Assembly: GCA_965261635.1 (NCBI GenBank)
Contig: OZ253463.1
Location: 931,448-995,447 of the forward strand
Direction: 5' to 3'
DNA from: Chloroflexota bacterium
GTDB taxonomy: Bacteria > Chloroflexota > UBA11872 > VXOZ01
DNA: 64,000 bases
Position numbers and translations under genes: made by a program. Positions 9,718-20,584 of this stretch are shown here, piece by piece (position 1 is the first letter of the stretch; each line of letters starts with the position of its first letter). Under the pieces are notes generated by a model. That model saw only the letters and a list, made by a program, of their open reading frames with translations. It did not search any database and was not told where the DNA came from.

Positions 9718-9991
9718 GGCCCAGACCGGCAGGCAGCACTGCTTTCTCTGATTGGACTACTGAGCGACGCAGGCTGGAGGCCCTCTCATTCACACCGCTT
9801 GACGGTTCGCTCAAGGTCGAAAATTGCTGTGGCGAGGTAAGACGAGACCTCCACACATTGAAGCCGGCGCTAGCAGTCCTGATTATTGGCTGTTCCACCC
9901 TGGCGAGCCAGTCCGTAAGCATGGCGTGTGGTTTGCGGTAGCCCTGCCATGAAGTCTTCGTTACAATGAATTCTGCAGAATTTGTACTCAA

Positions 9992-11074
9992 GTGAAACGA
10001 CCTATGCTGGAACTTATCGCCGAACTTACAGCAGCACACTCCCCCGTCGGCAACGAACGGGAGATAGACGCTGTGCTCCGCAGGCATCTCGACCCCTTGC
10101 CTTGGGATGTTTGGCAGGATCCTGCCAATAACCTCATTGTCAAGATCGCGGGTGTAGCCAGCGATTGCCCGTTGATCCTGGACGCCCATAAAGACGAACT
10201 CGGTCTTATGATCAAGCGCATCGAAGACGACGGCAAGATACGGCTCGCCTCATTGGGCGGCACGTATCCTTGGAAGTACGGCGAGGGCCCGATGGACATA
10301 CTGGCAGATGAGGGCATTGTACCTGCCGTGCTTTGCTTTGGCGCGATGCACGTGACAGAAGAGAGCCCGATCCATGCCATCCGCGCCAATGGCGGTCGGC
10401 AGCTCAAGTGGTCGGATTGTTACCTTGATACGAAGCTCAGTAAGAGTGAGCTCTTGGCGCAAGGCGTGCACACCGGCAGCAAGGCGGTTGTCTCGCGTGA
10501 GCGCAAGCAGCCGGTGCGCATTGGTGACTACGTGGGCACGTATGCCTTGGACGATAAGGGCGCGGTTGCAATTCTCATTTCTCTGGCAACACTGCTTGCA
10601 GGCAGCCCTCCGCCGCAGGACGTGTACCTGGTGTTTTCGAGTACGGAGGAGAACGCCGGCGGCGGCGGCCCGTATGCGGCGCGTACGCTGCCGGGAGATA
10701 CCTACATTGCTTTGGAAATCGCGCCGGTGGCGGCGGAGTATGGCGTGGTGGCCGGCAGCGCCCCGGTACTGGTGTATAAGGACGCCTACAACGTCTACGA
10801 CGAGGGATTGCTCCGGCGCTTTGCCGCTTTGGCTAAGGAGCTCAATCTCGAAGTGCAACACGCCGCCTTCGACTCCTACGGCACCAACGCCTCGATAGCC
10901 CGCAAGGTAGCCGCAATCGGGCGGATCGCGGCGGTTGCTTTCCCGTGTGAGAACACCCACGGCTTCGAGATGATCCATCTCGACTCGCTGACGAATCTCA
11001 CGACGTTGCTGCTCGCGTTCATCAATCGCTGGCCGGCCATTCTTCAGGAAGAGCCGACGTCGACTGAAGCTTAG
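9992..11074 (+). CDS. M42 family metallopeptidase (FrvX/glutamyl aminopeptidase-like)
   Basis: MLELIAELTAAHSPVGNEREI, ILDAHKDELGLMIKRIEDDGKIRL, ALDDKGAV, SSTEE. Alternative start at ATG 10004. Confidence 0.8.
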   Translation: MKRPMLELIAELTAAHSPVGNEREIDAVLRRHLDPLPWDVWQDPANNLIVKIAGVASDCPLILDAHKDELGLMIKRIEDDGKIRLASLGGTYPWKYGEGPMDILADEGIVPAVLCFGAMHVTEESPIHAIRANGGRQLKWSDCYLDTKLSKSELLAQGVHTGSKAVVSRERKQPVRIGDYVGTYALDDKGAVAILISLATLLAGSPPPQDVYLVFSSTEENAGGGGPYAARTLPGDTYIALEIAPVAAEYGVVAGSAPVLVYKDAYNVYDEGLLRRFAALAKELNLEVQHAAFDSYGTNASIARKVAAIGRIAAVAFPCENTHGFEMIHLDSLTNLTTLLLAFINRWPAILQEEPTSTEA

Positions 11075-11212
11075 GGCGGTCGCCGCACCGGCTGCCGGTC
11101 CACCCGGCGTCGCTTGAATGGGACTCTTGTCCAACCTAGAATGGTGGCTAAGCAGTCCTAATCCACGTGGTCGGATTATGGCGAGAAGCCCACGCCGGAG
11201 AGCAGTGTCCCG

Positions 11213-13777
11213 ATGCCCAAAGCCTCCTCCCGGAGCATGACACCGATACAAGAACAGTACTACCGCATCAAGCAAAACTACCCTGATGCGCTCCTCTTCT
11301 TCCGCCTCGGCGACTTCTATGAACTCTTCGGCGATGATGCCAAAATAGCGTCTGAAACCTTGCAGATCGTGCTAACCGCGCGCGAATTCGGCAAGAGCGA
11401 AAAGATGCCGATGTGCGGCGTGCCCGCCCATGCAGCCGAAACGTACCTGGGTCGTCTACTCGCAGCCGGACACCGCGTCGCCATTTGCGAACAGGTCTCT
11501 GAGCCGGGGCGAGGGTTGGTGGAGCGGGCCGTAGTACGCGTTGCTACGCCGGGCACGATCGTGGACCCCGATCTGCTGGCGGCCAAGGAGAATACGTACG
11601 TGGCGGCCATCCTACACGATAAGAAGGGCGTAGGGCTGGCGTACGCCGATGTCAGCACGGGGGAGTTCGCTGCTACCGAGGTCCGAGAAGACATTGACGC
11701 TGTCCTTGCTGCTGAGTTTGGGCGACTGAAACCGGCGGAGTGCGTATTTCCCGATGGCGAGACTCCGAATCTTTCCTCCACTGCGCTCACCCCTTATGCC
11801 TCTTGGCACTTCGATTTGCGGGAAGCGACAAGCACGCTGCTGCGCGTGCTTGCGGTCGGCACGCTCGACGGTTTTGGCTGTGCCGACCTGCCGTTAGCGA
11901 CACGCGCTGCCGGTGGGCTGCTGGCGTACCTAGAAGAGACTCAGAAGTCGTTCCTTGGCGGCCTTGACGGGCTGCGCACCTATTCCCTTGATTCCTTCAT
12001 GGGCTTGGACCCCGCCACGTTGCGCAACTTGGAAATCTTGCGCAATAACCGCACCCAGCAGGAAGAGGGTTCGCTGCTCGGCGTCCTGGATGACACGCGT
12101 TCCGCGATGGGCGGACGCCTGCTCCGCCGGTGGCTCACGCAGCCCTTGGTGGAAGTGCCGGCAATCGAATCGCGCCTCGCGACGGTCGAAGCCTTGACGC
12201 AGAATCAGGTGCTGCTGGAGCGGATGCGTGAGCAGCTTGGAAAACTCGCTGATGTTGAGCGGCTTGCCCATCGCGCCCTGCAACGACTGGCAACACCGCA
12301 AGACCTGGCGCGCTTGGGCCGGTCGCTGGAGGCTGCAGCAAGGATTGAAGAACTTCTGAACGCGTCTTCGGCAGCCCCTATCCAGGATCGTGCGGCGCAC
12401 CTCGATCCGGCCCCTGAGGTGGCGGCATTGATCGCCAGTTCGATTGGTGCGGAACCGGGGCAATCACCAATCAAGCCGGGCTATAGCACGGAACTGGATC
12501 AACTCGTGCGGCGTGCACAAGAAGCGCGCGCCTTCATCGCAAGCCTGGAAGCGAAAGAACGGCACGCCACCGGCATCAAGAACCTTAGAGTCGGCCATAA
12601 CAGGGTCTACGGTTACTACCTCGAAGTGAGCAAGGGCGCGTTAGCCAACGTGCCGGAACGCTATATGCGCAAACAGACCCTGACGACGGGCGAGCGCTAT
12701 AGCACCACGGAATTGCAGGATGCAGAGTCCCTGACTCTAAATGCCGAAGAGGAACAGACCGCGCTGGAACAACAGCTCTTTAGCGGCATTGTGGTGAGTG
12801 TGGCGGCGGAGGAGCGGCGATTACGGAAACTGGCACATGTCCTCGCCGCGCTTGACGTCTTTGCCGCGTTCGCTAGGATCGCAGTGCGCCGCAACTACGT
12901 GCGTCCGGTGGTGGATGAGGGTGACTGTATCGAGATTATCGAGGGGCGTCATCCGGTGGTTGAGGCGACACTGGATGGCGCGCCGTTCATTCCCAACGAT
13001 GTGCGGCTAGATGCCGCGCAACAGATTGTCGTGCTTACCGGGCCCAACATGGCGGGAAAGTCCACCTACCTCCGACAGGTAGCGCTGACGGTGCTCATGG
13101 CTCAGGTTGGCAGTTTTGTGGCAGCTCGATCAGCGTGCATAGGCATCGTGGACCGCATATTTACGCGGGTGGGGGCGCAGGACGAGATAGCTTCCGGCGC
13201 GAGCACGTTCATGGTAGAGATGACGGAGACGAGCTACATCCTCACCCATGCTACGCCGCGATCGCTCGTGGTTTTTGACGAGGTCGGACGCGGCACCAGC
13301 ACCTACGACGGACTGGCAATTGCCCGTGCTGTGCTGGAATACCTGCATAATCACACAGGTCTCCACTCCAAGACCCTATTTGCTACCCATTTCCACGAGC
13401 TTGCCGAGTTGGAAGGTACCTTGCCTCGCGTGAGGAATTCCCGTGTGGATGTGCTGGAAGAGCAAGGAAACGTGGTCTTCTTACACAAAGTGGTGCCCGG
13501 CGGAGCGGACCGATCCTACGGGGTCAACGTGGCGAAGCTCGCCGGGTTGCCACGCTCGGTGCTGCGGCGCGCGGAGCAGGTATTGCATGAATTGGAAGAG
13601 AGGCATTTGCGCGGCGAAACTGCGCCAGGACCCCGATTGAACGGTACGGATCAACTGCCGCTCTTTAGCGGCCCGCACCCGGTGGTAACGCAATTGCAGG
13701 AACTCGACGTAGATGCCATGACCCCGCTGGAAGCGATTAGCACGCTGTACGAACTCAAGAGGCGGGCGGAAGAGTAG
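11213..13777 (+). CDS. mutS: DNA mismatch repair protein MutS
   Basis: TPIQEQYYRIK..FFRLGDFYELF mismatch-binding motif, Walker A GPNMAGKST, DEVGRGTSTYDG, ATHFHEL. Confidence 0.97.
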   Translation: MPKASSRSMTPIQEQYYRIKQNYPDALLFFRLGDFYELFGDDAKIASETLQIVLTAREFGKSEKMPMCGVPAHAAETYLGRLLAAGHRVAICEQVSEPGRGLVERAVVRVATPGTIVDPDLLAAKENTYVAAILHDKKGVGLAYADVSTGEFAATEVREDIDAVLAAEFGRLKPAECVFPDGETPNLSSTALTPYASWHFDLREATSTLLRVLAVGTLDGFGCADLPLATRAAGGLLAYLEETQKSFLGGLDGLRTYSLDSFMGLDPATLRNLEILRNNRTQQEEGSLLGVLDDTRSAMGGRLLRRWLTQPLVEVPAIESRLATVEALTQNQVLLERMREQLGKLADVERLAHRALQRLATPQDLARLGRSLEAAARIEELLNASSAAPIQDRAAHLDPAPEVAALIASSIGAEPGQSPIKPGYSTELDQLVRRAQEARAFIASLEAKERHATGIKNLRVGHNRVYGYYLEVSKGALANVPERYMRKQTLTTGERYSTTELQDAESLTLNAEEEQTALEQQLFSGIVVSVAAEERRLRKLAHVLAALDVFAAFARIAVRRNYVRPVVDEGDCIEIIEGRHPVVEATLDGAPFIPNDVRLDAAQQIVVLTGPNMAGKSTYLRQVALTVLMAQVGSFVAARSACIGIVDRIFTRVGAQDEIASGASTFMVEMTETSYILTHATPRSLVVFDEVGRGTSTYDGLAIARAVLEYLHNHTGLHSKTLFATHFHELAELEGTLPRVRNSRVDVLEEQGNVVFLHKVVPGGADRSYGVNVAKLAGLPRSVLRRAEQVLHELEERHLRGETAPGPRLNGTDQLPLFSGPHPVVTQLQELDVDAMTPLEAISTLYELKRRAEE

Positions 13778-13999
13778 GTCACGTAAGCCCTTGGGAAGCG
13801 TGCCGGTCCTGGTCAACCGGAATTTGGCGCCGCTTACGGCAACCGCTAGTATGGTGCGAATCCTATTTCCCGGTCCGGCGCGCGGTGCGTAGTTGCTCGC
13901 GGCCAGATAGCTTTAGACAGTTTGCTAGAGAATTGTGTTGCGTAGCTCTGCAGAATTCCCTGGTGGTGGCCTAGATTAGCAGCAGTCACCCTCACCCCG

Positions 14000-14035
14000 G
14001 CCCTCTTCCTCTTGTGTGGGAGAGGGCATTTTCAG
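14000..14035 (+). terminator. Hairpin plus T-tract downstream of mutS (also a REP-like family)
   Basis: gccctcttcc-tcttgtgt-gggagagggc (10 bp stem with one G-U) followed by attttc. Confidence 0.4.
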
Positions 14036-14197
14036 ACACTAGACAGAGAGAGCTTGCTTCGGCACATAGTTGCGTTTGGGGCAAAGTCATGCATCGGTCC
14101 CCGCGAGGAATTGCAACGGTCTCCTTGGGGAATTGCAGGGGTCTCTATGAGAAGAATGAGATACTCTAATTCCGATCAGGGCCAGGCGAGGGACTGC

Positions 14198-15595
14198 TCA
14201 AGGCAGTGGAAATGGTTCCCGCCCTGAAAGTCGGAAGAAGATGAAGGTATCGCCCCCAAAGTGGCGATTGAGGGATTCATCCAAGCGAATCGTCACCGGC
14301 TCTTGGCGGGCATCGAACTGCAACCTGCCATACGCGTCGTATCCTAAGTAACCGGGCGGCAGCGTTAGTTCTCGTGGCTGGCCCCGTTGGTCGTTCACCC
14401 ACACCACCCAACCCTCTAGGTCTTGTTCCTCATCGGGCATTAGCGGCGGACGGACGAACCGCACGGTAGTGAGACCGCTTTCGCGGTTAATGCTCGACCA
14501 AGCGCTGGCTCCTGCCAGGAGGCTTGTCATGAAGCGAAAGGCTGTCAGCGCCGGACGCGGAAGGATGCCGCCGACGTTATCTACGTACTCTGTCAGGCCT
14601 TTCCTGCTCTCGAATCCGGCGGCGCCAATGGTGTCGATGGCCCCAAAGTAGAAGGCTTGTCTGGCGATACTGGCCGTCGCGGAAGCGAGGAGTTGAGCGA
14701 CGGCGCGAGACTGTTCGTCCGGCGCAATGCGCTGCTCGTCCTCTGCTCCCTGGCGCACGATGGTTCCGTCCCCGGTCACGTCGCCGTAATGGCCAAGCTC
14801 CCCAATGATAAGCGGTAGATGGTTCTGCGTGATATTGCCCACGGCGACGCTGATCTCCGCCAGCCATGGTTGGAGCAGATCGGGATGATCGTAGAAGTGC
14901 ACAAGCAGCGCATCCGGCAGCACTCTTCGACCCAAAAGCAAGCCTAATACCACCTGCAGGAACGACCGCGTATCGCGCCAGGTGCGATATGCTTCGCCGT
15001 ACATGTAGACGCTCACTAGGGGATCGCGCTGTTTCACGGCGCGGTGGCCCGATACGAAGCGGTCTACGTACCATTGCATGCGTTGGATATCTTCGGTATA
15101 GATGTCGTGCAGATTTTCTTCATTGCCGATGATGATTGCGCTGGGCTCGAATTCGCCGGCGAGATTGCCGAGGTAACGTCCAAAAGGATCTGCGCCGATG
15201 TCTTTGGGAATTGGCACAACGAGGTGCTTTTGCCACCGGCCGAGTTGCGTTATTTCTCGGCGCAGACCGTAGAGGTTGGCGTCGGTGAGTTCCTCGAAAA
15301 TCCCTTCGCGCCTGCGCTCCAGGTAGAGGCCGGCTGTGGTGTCGACGGCCAATGCACCCGTGACAAAGCCATCGGGCGCGAGCATTCCGGGGTTAACGGT
15401 TATGCGGTGCGACAAGCGGTAGGCCATGGCCGCTGATGGGCGGTCAGTGAGGCCAAGCTTGATCAACTCCTGTCCCTGGCCGAGCCCGAGCCGAAAGTTG
15501 AGATTGGATTGCTTAACACGCCGATGCAGCGCCAGCAACTGGAAGTCTTGCGATGCTTGCGCCGGGTTAAAGAGCGATGCGGGGCGGAGACTCAT
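14198..15595 (-). CDS. Hypothetical protein, possible clan-A (TIM-barrel) glycoside-hydrolase-like
   Basis: IIIGNEENL (acid/base NE-like) and LIIGELGHYGD (nucleophile E-like) at a spacing typical of GH clan A. Assignment is tentative. Confidence 0.5.
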   Translation of the reverse strand: MSLRPASLFNPAQASQDFQLLALHRRVKQSNLNFRLGLGQGQELIKLGLTDRPSAAMAYRLSHRITVNPGMLAPDGFVTGALAVDTTAGLYLERRREGIFEELTDANLYGLRREITQLGRWQKHLVVPIPKDIGADPFGRYLGNLAGEFEPSAIIIGNEENLHDIYTEDIQRMQWYVDRFVSGHRAVKQRDPLVSVYMYGEAYRTWRDTRSFLQVVLGLLLGRRVLPDALLVHFYDHPDLLQPWLAEISVAVGNITQNHLPLIIGELGHYGDVTGDGTIVRQGAEDEQRIAPDEQSRAVAQLLASATASIARQAFYFGAIDTIGAAGFESRKGLTEYVDNVGGILPRPALTAFRFMTSLLAGASAWSSINRESGLTTVRFVRPPLMPDEEQDLEGWVVWVNDQRGQPRELTLPPGYLGYDAYGRLQFDARQEPVTIRLDESLNRHFGGDTFIFFRLSGREPFPLP

Positions 15596-15840
15596 AAGGG
15601 TGTGCCTTCCCCGATAACGGTGCTAATGCCCTAATGGAGGTGAATGGGAAGCGTACGTTCCAAACGGGAGAATTTCGTAGAGAGTAGGAGAACGGGAGCG
15701 CAACGGTCGGAACCGTACTTAATTAGTATACTGAATTCACGACCAAAGTGAAAGAAGATCGGGTTTTAGTAGTTTTGGGCTTAGATGGGTCACATGCAAG
15801 ACACTTGGCCGTACCCAGGCCTAAGCCAGATCCTAAAACT

Positions 15841-15953
15841 GTCATTGTAAGGAGCCCTTCGGCAGGCTCAGAATAAACTCCGCGACGAAGAATCTAGAGT
15901 CGGGAGCATTCTAGATTCCGCGAACTCTGGTTCGCCGCTGCACTCGGAATGAC
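15841..15953 (+). mobile_element. MITE-like element, copy B (113 bp)
   Basis: gtcattgtaaggagcccttcggcaggctcagaataaactccgcgacgaagaatctagag...cactcggaatgac. Matches copy A (5625-5745) in opposite orientation. Confidence 0.65.
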
Positions 15954-16241
15954 AAGAAACGCAGCCCCGCGAAGCTATCAAGTCCAGGTCTACTAATTCC
16001 GAAGGAGATAGCCTTGTATAGCCAGCATACTGCAATGTGATCGGGCTTCTATAAGTGAATGGGCAGAGTCGGTGGGAGAACAAGAGAATGTCCTCGGAGG
16101 CGGAATTGCAGAACCCCCGTGAGATGCCCTTATTTCTTGACAATGTGGCGTCCGCTGCACCATAGTCTTGGTAAGCGTGGGTGGTTTCCGCCAAGTGCTG
16201 TGAATCGGCAGGTGGCGGTGTAGCATGATGGAGGGAGCGTT

Positions 16242-17063
16242 ATGGCAGCGTTAGCGGTTTCAACACGGCGTATTGTTCATGAACCAAGTGCGCCGGATCT
16301 CCCTTTTCGCGAAGAACACTTCGGCTATCGCTTCAATGACCTGAAGGTGCCACCGGAGCAGGCCGGTATTGTGCTGGTTGATTGCTGGGACATCCACATT
16401 ACGGCGAGTCACGTGGAACGGACGTCTCAGATTTGCCGAGAGCGGATTAGGCCGGTGCTGGACGCCTGCCGCGAAATCGGTGTAACCGTTATTCACGCGC
16501 CCTCGCCAAATGTGGCGCACAAGTTTCCCCAGTGGCTGCGCTATGCAGGCGACAGCGAGTTGGCGCCACAACCGCAATCCGCGCCGGCCTGGCCGCCTGA
16601 AGACTTTGCGAAGCGAAAAGGGGAGTGGGCGCACTTGCGCGCCGATCGTACGGAAACGTGGGCCGATGAAATCGAGCAGATTAATCAGGACCGCTACATC
16701 GACGATTCGGTGTTTCCGCAACCGGACGACTTTGTGATCGCCAACGGCCATCAACTCCACCGGCTCTGTGCGCACCGTAAGATTCTCTATCTCTTTTACG
16801 TGGGCTTTGCCACCAATCTCTGTATACCGCACCGCGACTACGGCATGATTGCCATGCGCGAGCGCGGCTACGGCCTCACCCTGCTGCGCGATTGCACCAC
16901 CGGCATCGAAACAGGCGAGACAATTGACGGTCTCCTCAGCACGAACATTGCGATCCACGACTACGAGTTGCGGGACATTGCGGGAACGATAACGTCTGAC
17001 GAGTTTCTAGCCGCAGCACAGCCGTTGCGCACCGGCGCGGCAATTGGCGCGGAAGCTCAATAA
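16242..17063 (+). CDS. Isochorismatase-family cysteine hydrolase
   Basis: VLVDCWD (Asp) and FYVGFATNLCI (nucleophile Cys) motifs. Confidence 0.7.
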   Translation: MAALAVSTRRIVHEPSAPDLPFREEHFGYRFNDLKVPPEQAGIVLVDCWDIHITASHVERTSQICRERIRPVLDACREIGVTVIHAPSPNVAHKFPQWLRYAGDSELAPQPQSAPAWPPEDFAKRKGEWAHLRADRTETWADEIEQINQDRYIDDSVFPQPDDFVIANGHQLHRLCAHRKILYLFYVGFATNLCIPHRDYGMIAMRERGYGLTLLRDCTTGIETGETIDGLLSTNIAIHDYELRDIAGTITSDEFLAAAQPLRTGAAIGAEAQ

Positions 17064-17217
17064 ATGTCTGACCTTTCTAATTCTTACGGCGCTGTGGTGC
17101 GAGCTGCGCGCGAGTGATGCTCAAGCAGTTTTGAGATGGTTCTCGTCTCGCGAGGCTGGAATGACTGTTGAACATATGGGCAAACTGTCTACGGTCTTGA
17201 GATCAAAGGAATAGGTA

Positions 17218-18387
17218 ATGGATGAAATCCGGATTGGTGTGACCGGTTTGGGGGGTCGTGGCCTTCACTGGATACGCTTGCTGCAGAGTGTGCCGGGCTA
17301 CCGTATTGTCGCGCTCTGTGATCCAATCACTGCCACACACGAGCGTGCGCTCGCTGCCCTCAATGATAGCGACAGTGTAGCCACCTACGCGCAATACGAA
17401 GATATACTCGCTGATCCGAACGTGGAAGCCATCGCCTTGACTGTGCGCAGCCCGCGTCAGGGCGCGCTGGCGGCGCAAGCCCTTGAGGCCGGCAAGCACG
17501 TCAACGCGGAAGTGCCGGCGGCGCACTATATCGAGGACTGCTGGCGCATTGTCGTGGCCGCTGAGCGCTCCGGCAAGGTCTACCAGTTGGCGGAGCAGAC
17601 GCGCTACATGGGAGTAATGCAAGCCTGGCACGATATGGTGTCGGAAGGCCAACTCGGTAGGGTTACCTTTGTAGAGGGGCAGTATTTCCACTACTACGTC
17701 TCCCAATTTTTCTGGGAAAAGGAGACCGGCACGTTTTACGGCCCCACGGAAGTTCCCGATCACCCTGAGGCCGAGCCTACGTGGAGTGCGCTCATGCCCT
17801 CTATCCACTATCTGCCGCACGAGCTGAGTCCGTTGTTGTACGTGCTCGACGACCGGGTGGTGTCGGTTACGGGCATGAGTACGCAGGGCCCGAGCTACTC
17901 GCACCCCGTAATTCCCCAACCTGACATGCAAGTGAGCTTGATGAAGACGGAGAAGGACGCCATTTTGCGGTTGGCCGCGAGCTTTGCGCAGCCGCAACCG
18001 CCGCGGGACTACCACTGGTATCAAATCATGGGGACGCAGGGGTCCGTGGAATGGCGGCGGTCTGCCCGCGAGCGACCGAAGATGTGGCTAGCAAAGGCCC
18101 AGATGCACGATATGGCGGAGGTGGACTGGCAGTTCCAGCGCACGGATGCCCCTACTGAGGCGCGCGGCAGCGGCCACGGCGACGCCGATTACTACGTGCA
18201 CGCGGCGTTTCGGGATGCCGTGAGGGGCACGAGGCCGCTGGAGTTTGACCTCTATCGCGCGATGGATACCGCTGCGCCGGCAATCTTGGCCGCGGAGTCA
18301 ATTGCGCAGAATTCAAAGCTCTTGTCGGTACCGGACTTTCGGCCCAGTGCGGCGCGGCCTGCCGGCACAATGCCGTCGGAATCGTAG
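17218..18387 (+). CDS. Gfo/Idh/MocA family oxidoreductase
   Basis: N-terminal Rossmann motif IRIGVTGLGGRG, plus EKP-like 'AEVP' and a C-terminal alpha/beta domain. Confidence 0.8.
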   Translation: MDEIRIGVTGLGGRGLHWIRLLQSVPGYRIVALCDPITATHERALAALNDSDSVATYAQYEDILADPNVEAIALTVRSPRQGALAAQALEAGKHVNAEVPAAHYIEDCWRIVVAAERSGKVYQLAEQTRYMGVMQAWHDMVSEGQLGRVTFVEGQYFHYYVSQFFWEKETGTFYGPTEVPDHPEAEPTWSALMPSIHYLPHELSPLLYVLDDRVVSVTGMSTQGPSYSHPVIPQPDMQVSLMKTEKDAILRLAASFAQPQPPRDYHWYQIMGTQGSVEWRRSARERPKMWLAKAQMHDMAEVDWQFQRTDAPTEARGSGHGDADYYVHAAFRDAVRGTRPLEFDLYRAMDTAAPAILAAESIAQNSKLLSVPDFRPSAARPAGTMPSES

Positions 18388-18453
18388 GTGGACGGAGAAC
18401 TAACGCAAAATGGTGACGCAAAGAAGCTAGCGTAGCGAGGAGAAATATCGGTT

Positions 18454-19254
18454 ATGGAGATTCAGCTTGGATGCTTTACTCGCCCCTGGCGGGAATTTGG
18501 TGTTGAGGCTGCCGCTGCTGGGATGCGGGCAGCCGGATTCAAGTACTTCGGCCCCATGAGCATGGGGCCCACGCGCCTCGTTGACTACAATTCAACACCG
18601 GATGAGGTGGCGGCGATTGAGCGCACAGTGAGGGATGCCGGCCTTAAGTTCGCAATCATGATGGCTTCCTACCCTCTTACGAGCGTGGAAGAGGGCGTGG
18701 CAGCGCTCAACCGCGAGCTCGATTTCGTGGCACAGCTTGGTTTCCGTCACGTTATGACCGGTGGCGCTTCCGATCCCGCACAGTACGACACCTACTACGC
18801 CATCATGCGCGAGTGTGCTGAATATGCGTTGCACAAGGGAATCACCCTCATGCTCAAGCCCCACGGCGGCCTGAGCAATACGACGCGGGAAACCATCGAA
18901 TCGTGGAAGAAGGTGAATCACCAGAATTTCAAGATTTGCTACGACGCGGGTAACTTGCTCTTCTACGCCGGTGAGGACCCGCTGGCGCATATTCGCGAAA
19001 TCGCTCCAATCGTTGGCGCCATGTGCATCAAGGACGAAGTGGGCGGTCAGAAAGGCGACGTGATGGTCACTCCGGGTGACGGCCTAGTGAACTTTCCCGC
19101 GGTGTTCAGCGCGCTCAAGGACGCGGGTTTTGCCGGCCCGTGCGTGGTTGAGTGTTTGAGCGGCGAGGCCCTTGACGAGGTTAACCACCAGGCCAAACGC
19201 GCGCGCCACTTCTTGGAAGACACCTTGGCCGCGGTCGGGTATGCGGTAGACTAG
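18454..19254 (+). CDS. Sugar phosphate isomerase/epimerase (xylose-isomerase-like TIM barrel)
   Basis: Length and motifs (LKPHGG, CYDAGN, VECL) typical of the AP_endonuc_2 family. Confidence 0.75.
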   Translation: MEIQLGCFTRPWREFGVEAAAAGMRAAGFKYFGPMSMGPTRLVDYNSTPDEVAAIERTVRDAGLKFAIMMASYPLTSVEEGVAALNRELDFVAQLGFRHVMTGGASDPAQYDTYYAIMRECAEYALHKGITLMLKPHGGLSNTTRETIESWKKVNHQNFKICYDAGNLLFYAGEDPLAHIREIAPIVGAMCIKDEVGGQKGDVMVTPGDGLVNFPAVFSALKDAGFAGPCVVECLSGEALDEVNHQAKRARHFLEDTLAAVGYAVD

Positions 19255-19263
19255 GAGTTTCTT

Positions 19264-19890
19264 ATGGCGATTATCACCATTTCACGGCAACTTGGCACTG
19301 GCGAAGTCGAATTCACGGACAAGCTTACCGACGCGCTTGGCTACCCTCTCTACGATGACAGGCTCATCCAGCAAGTCGCCGCGGAACTCGAAGTACACAC
19401 GGGTGTGGTGAGGGCGTTCGACGAGCGGCTAGAGCCCAGCGCAATTCAAAGTGTGTTGTCCCGAATCACGGGAGGGAATGTGCGGCGCCAACTGTCGACG
19501 CGGCGTGAAGAGGGTGGCGTGCGGCCCGAGATTGTCCGCACAGCGTTGCGCTCGGTGGTTCGCGAGATTGCCCGGCGTGACAACGCTATCATTGTCGGAC
19601 GGGGCGCGGGCATAATCCTCGGAGACTTGCGCGGCGTGCTGAGACTGCGTCTTGTCGCTCCCCTTGAATTTCGCGCCCGTCATCACGCCAGGACGATCGG
19701 AATGAACCTCGGCGAGGCTGAGGAAGAAGCGCAGGGCTCCGATAGGGAGCGCCGCAATTACATTCGCCGCATGTTCAACGCGGATTGGGATGATCCGACC
19801 CTCTATGACTTTGTCATAAATTCGGCACGAACCGATAGTGACGCGGCCGTGAGGATCGTCTCCAAGATCATGGAAGAGAAGCAACTCTAA
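19264..19890 (+). CDS. Cytidylate-kinase-like family protein
   Basis: MAIITISRQLGTGE...LGYPLYDDRLI..IIVGRGAG is characteristic of the cytidylate kinase-like family. Confidence 0.7.
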   Translation: MAIITISRQLGTGEVEFTDKLTDALGYPLYDDRLIQQVAAELEVHTGVVRAFDERLEPSAIQSVLSRITGGNVRRQLSTRREEGGVRPEIVRTALRSVVREIARRDNAIIVGRGAGIILGDLRGVLRLRLVAPLEFRARHHARTIGMNLGEAEEEAQGSDRERRNYIRRMFNADWDDPTLYDFVINSARTDSDAAVRIVSKIMEEKQL

Positions 19891-20101
19891 GTAGCCGGGG
19901 GATTAAGCTAAGCACGGAGAAGCGGTTGATTTCCGCCATGTTCGTGTGACTGCCCCGGCGCGCCCGCGCCGGGCCCGTTCCCGTTGCGAGAACAGGCAAG
20001 CCCTACCGCGCCCGGCTGCTTAGGCGGGCCGTCCGGTGATGACCGCAGTGATGAATGCCGGCGCCTGGGCAGGCGCAGATTCGGTCGACGTGCGGCCCTC
20101 G

Positions 20102-20548
20102 TTACGAAGTCGGTTCGCGGTGCCGCTGCATAGCAAATCGCATGGCCCGCGTTACTGCGCTGCTGTCCACCTGACCCTTAACGAGGTAGTCTTGTGCACC
20201 GTTTCTGAGCGCTTCGAGCCCGGTCTCTTCATCGTTGAGACCCGTGAGCACGACTATGGGAATCGTAGGAGCGGCACTCACCATCGCGCGTATGGTATCC
20301 ATGCCGTGGCTGTCCGGCAGCGCAAGGTCAAGCAGGATAACGTCGTAAGGCTCTACTTTTGTCTGCTCGCTTGCCTCAGCGAGTCGCGTCACGTGCGTAA
20401 CATCGAACTGCATGTTCGGCACCTGAGCAAGCAACTCGTAGAGCAGTTCAGCGTCACCGCTATCGTCTTCCACAAGGAGGATTTCGAAGATATTCGTGTC
20501 CATACCGTCGTTGGCTCCCCTGATTGATTGGTGTGGTAGACTTGTCAC
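20102..20548 (-). CDS. Stand-alone response regulator (receiver domain)
   Basis: ILLVEDDSGD, phospho-acceptor DVILLDLALPD, VLTG, conserved K in YLVKG. Confidence 0.9.
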   Translation of the reverse strand: MTSLPHQSIRGANDGMDTNIFEILLVEDDSGDAELLYELLAQVPNMQFDVTHVTRLAEASEQTKVEPYDVILLDLALPDSHGMDTIRAMVSAAPTIPIVVLTGLNDEETGLEALRNGAQDYLVKGQVDSSAVTRAMRFAMQRHREPTS

Positions 20549-20584
20549 GTAAATGTAAGTACTACTCTAGCATACGCGGGCCGA

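Noticed and set aside
10250-11275. Long antisense ORFs opposite well-supported genes. Examples: 10250-11275, 16260-16958, 17203-18024, 20768-21874, 25095-25799, 33000-33752, 33391-34173, 50039-50794, 35834-36316.
   Set aside because: These are typical high-GC shadow ORFs. They are Arg/Pro/Ala-rich with no recognisable motifs, and each lies opposite a gene with clear family motifs.
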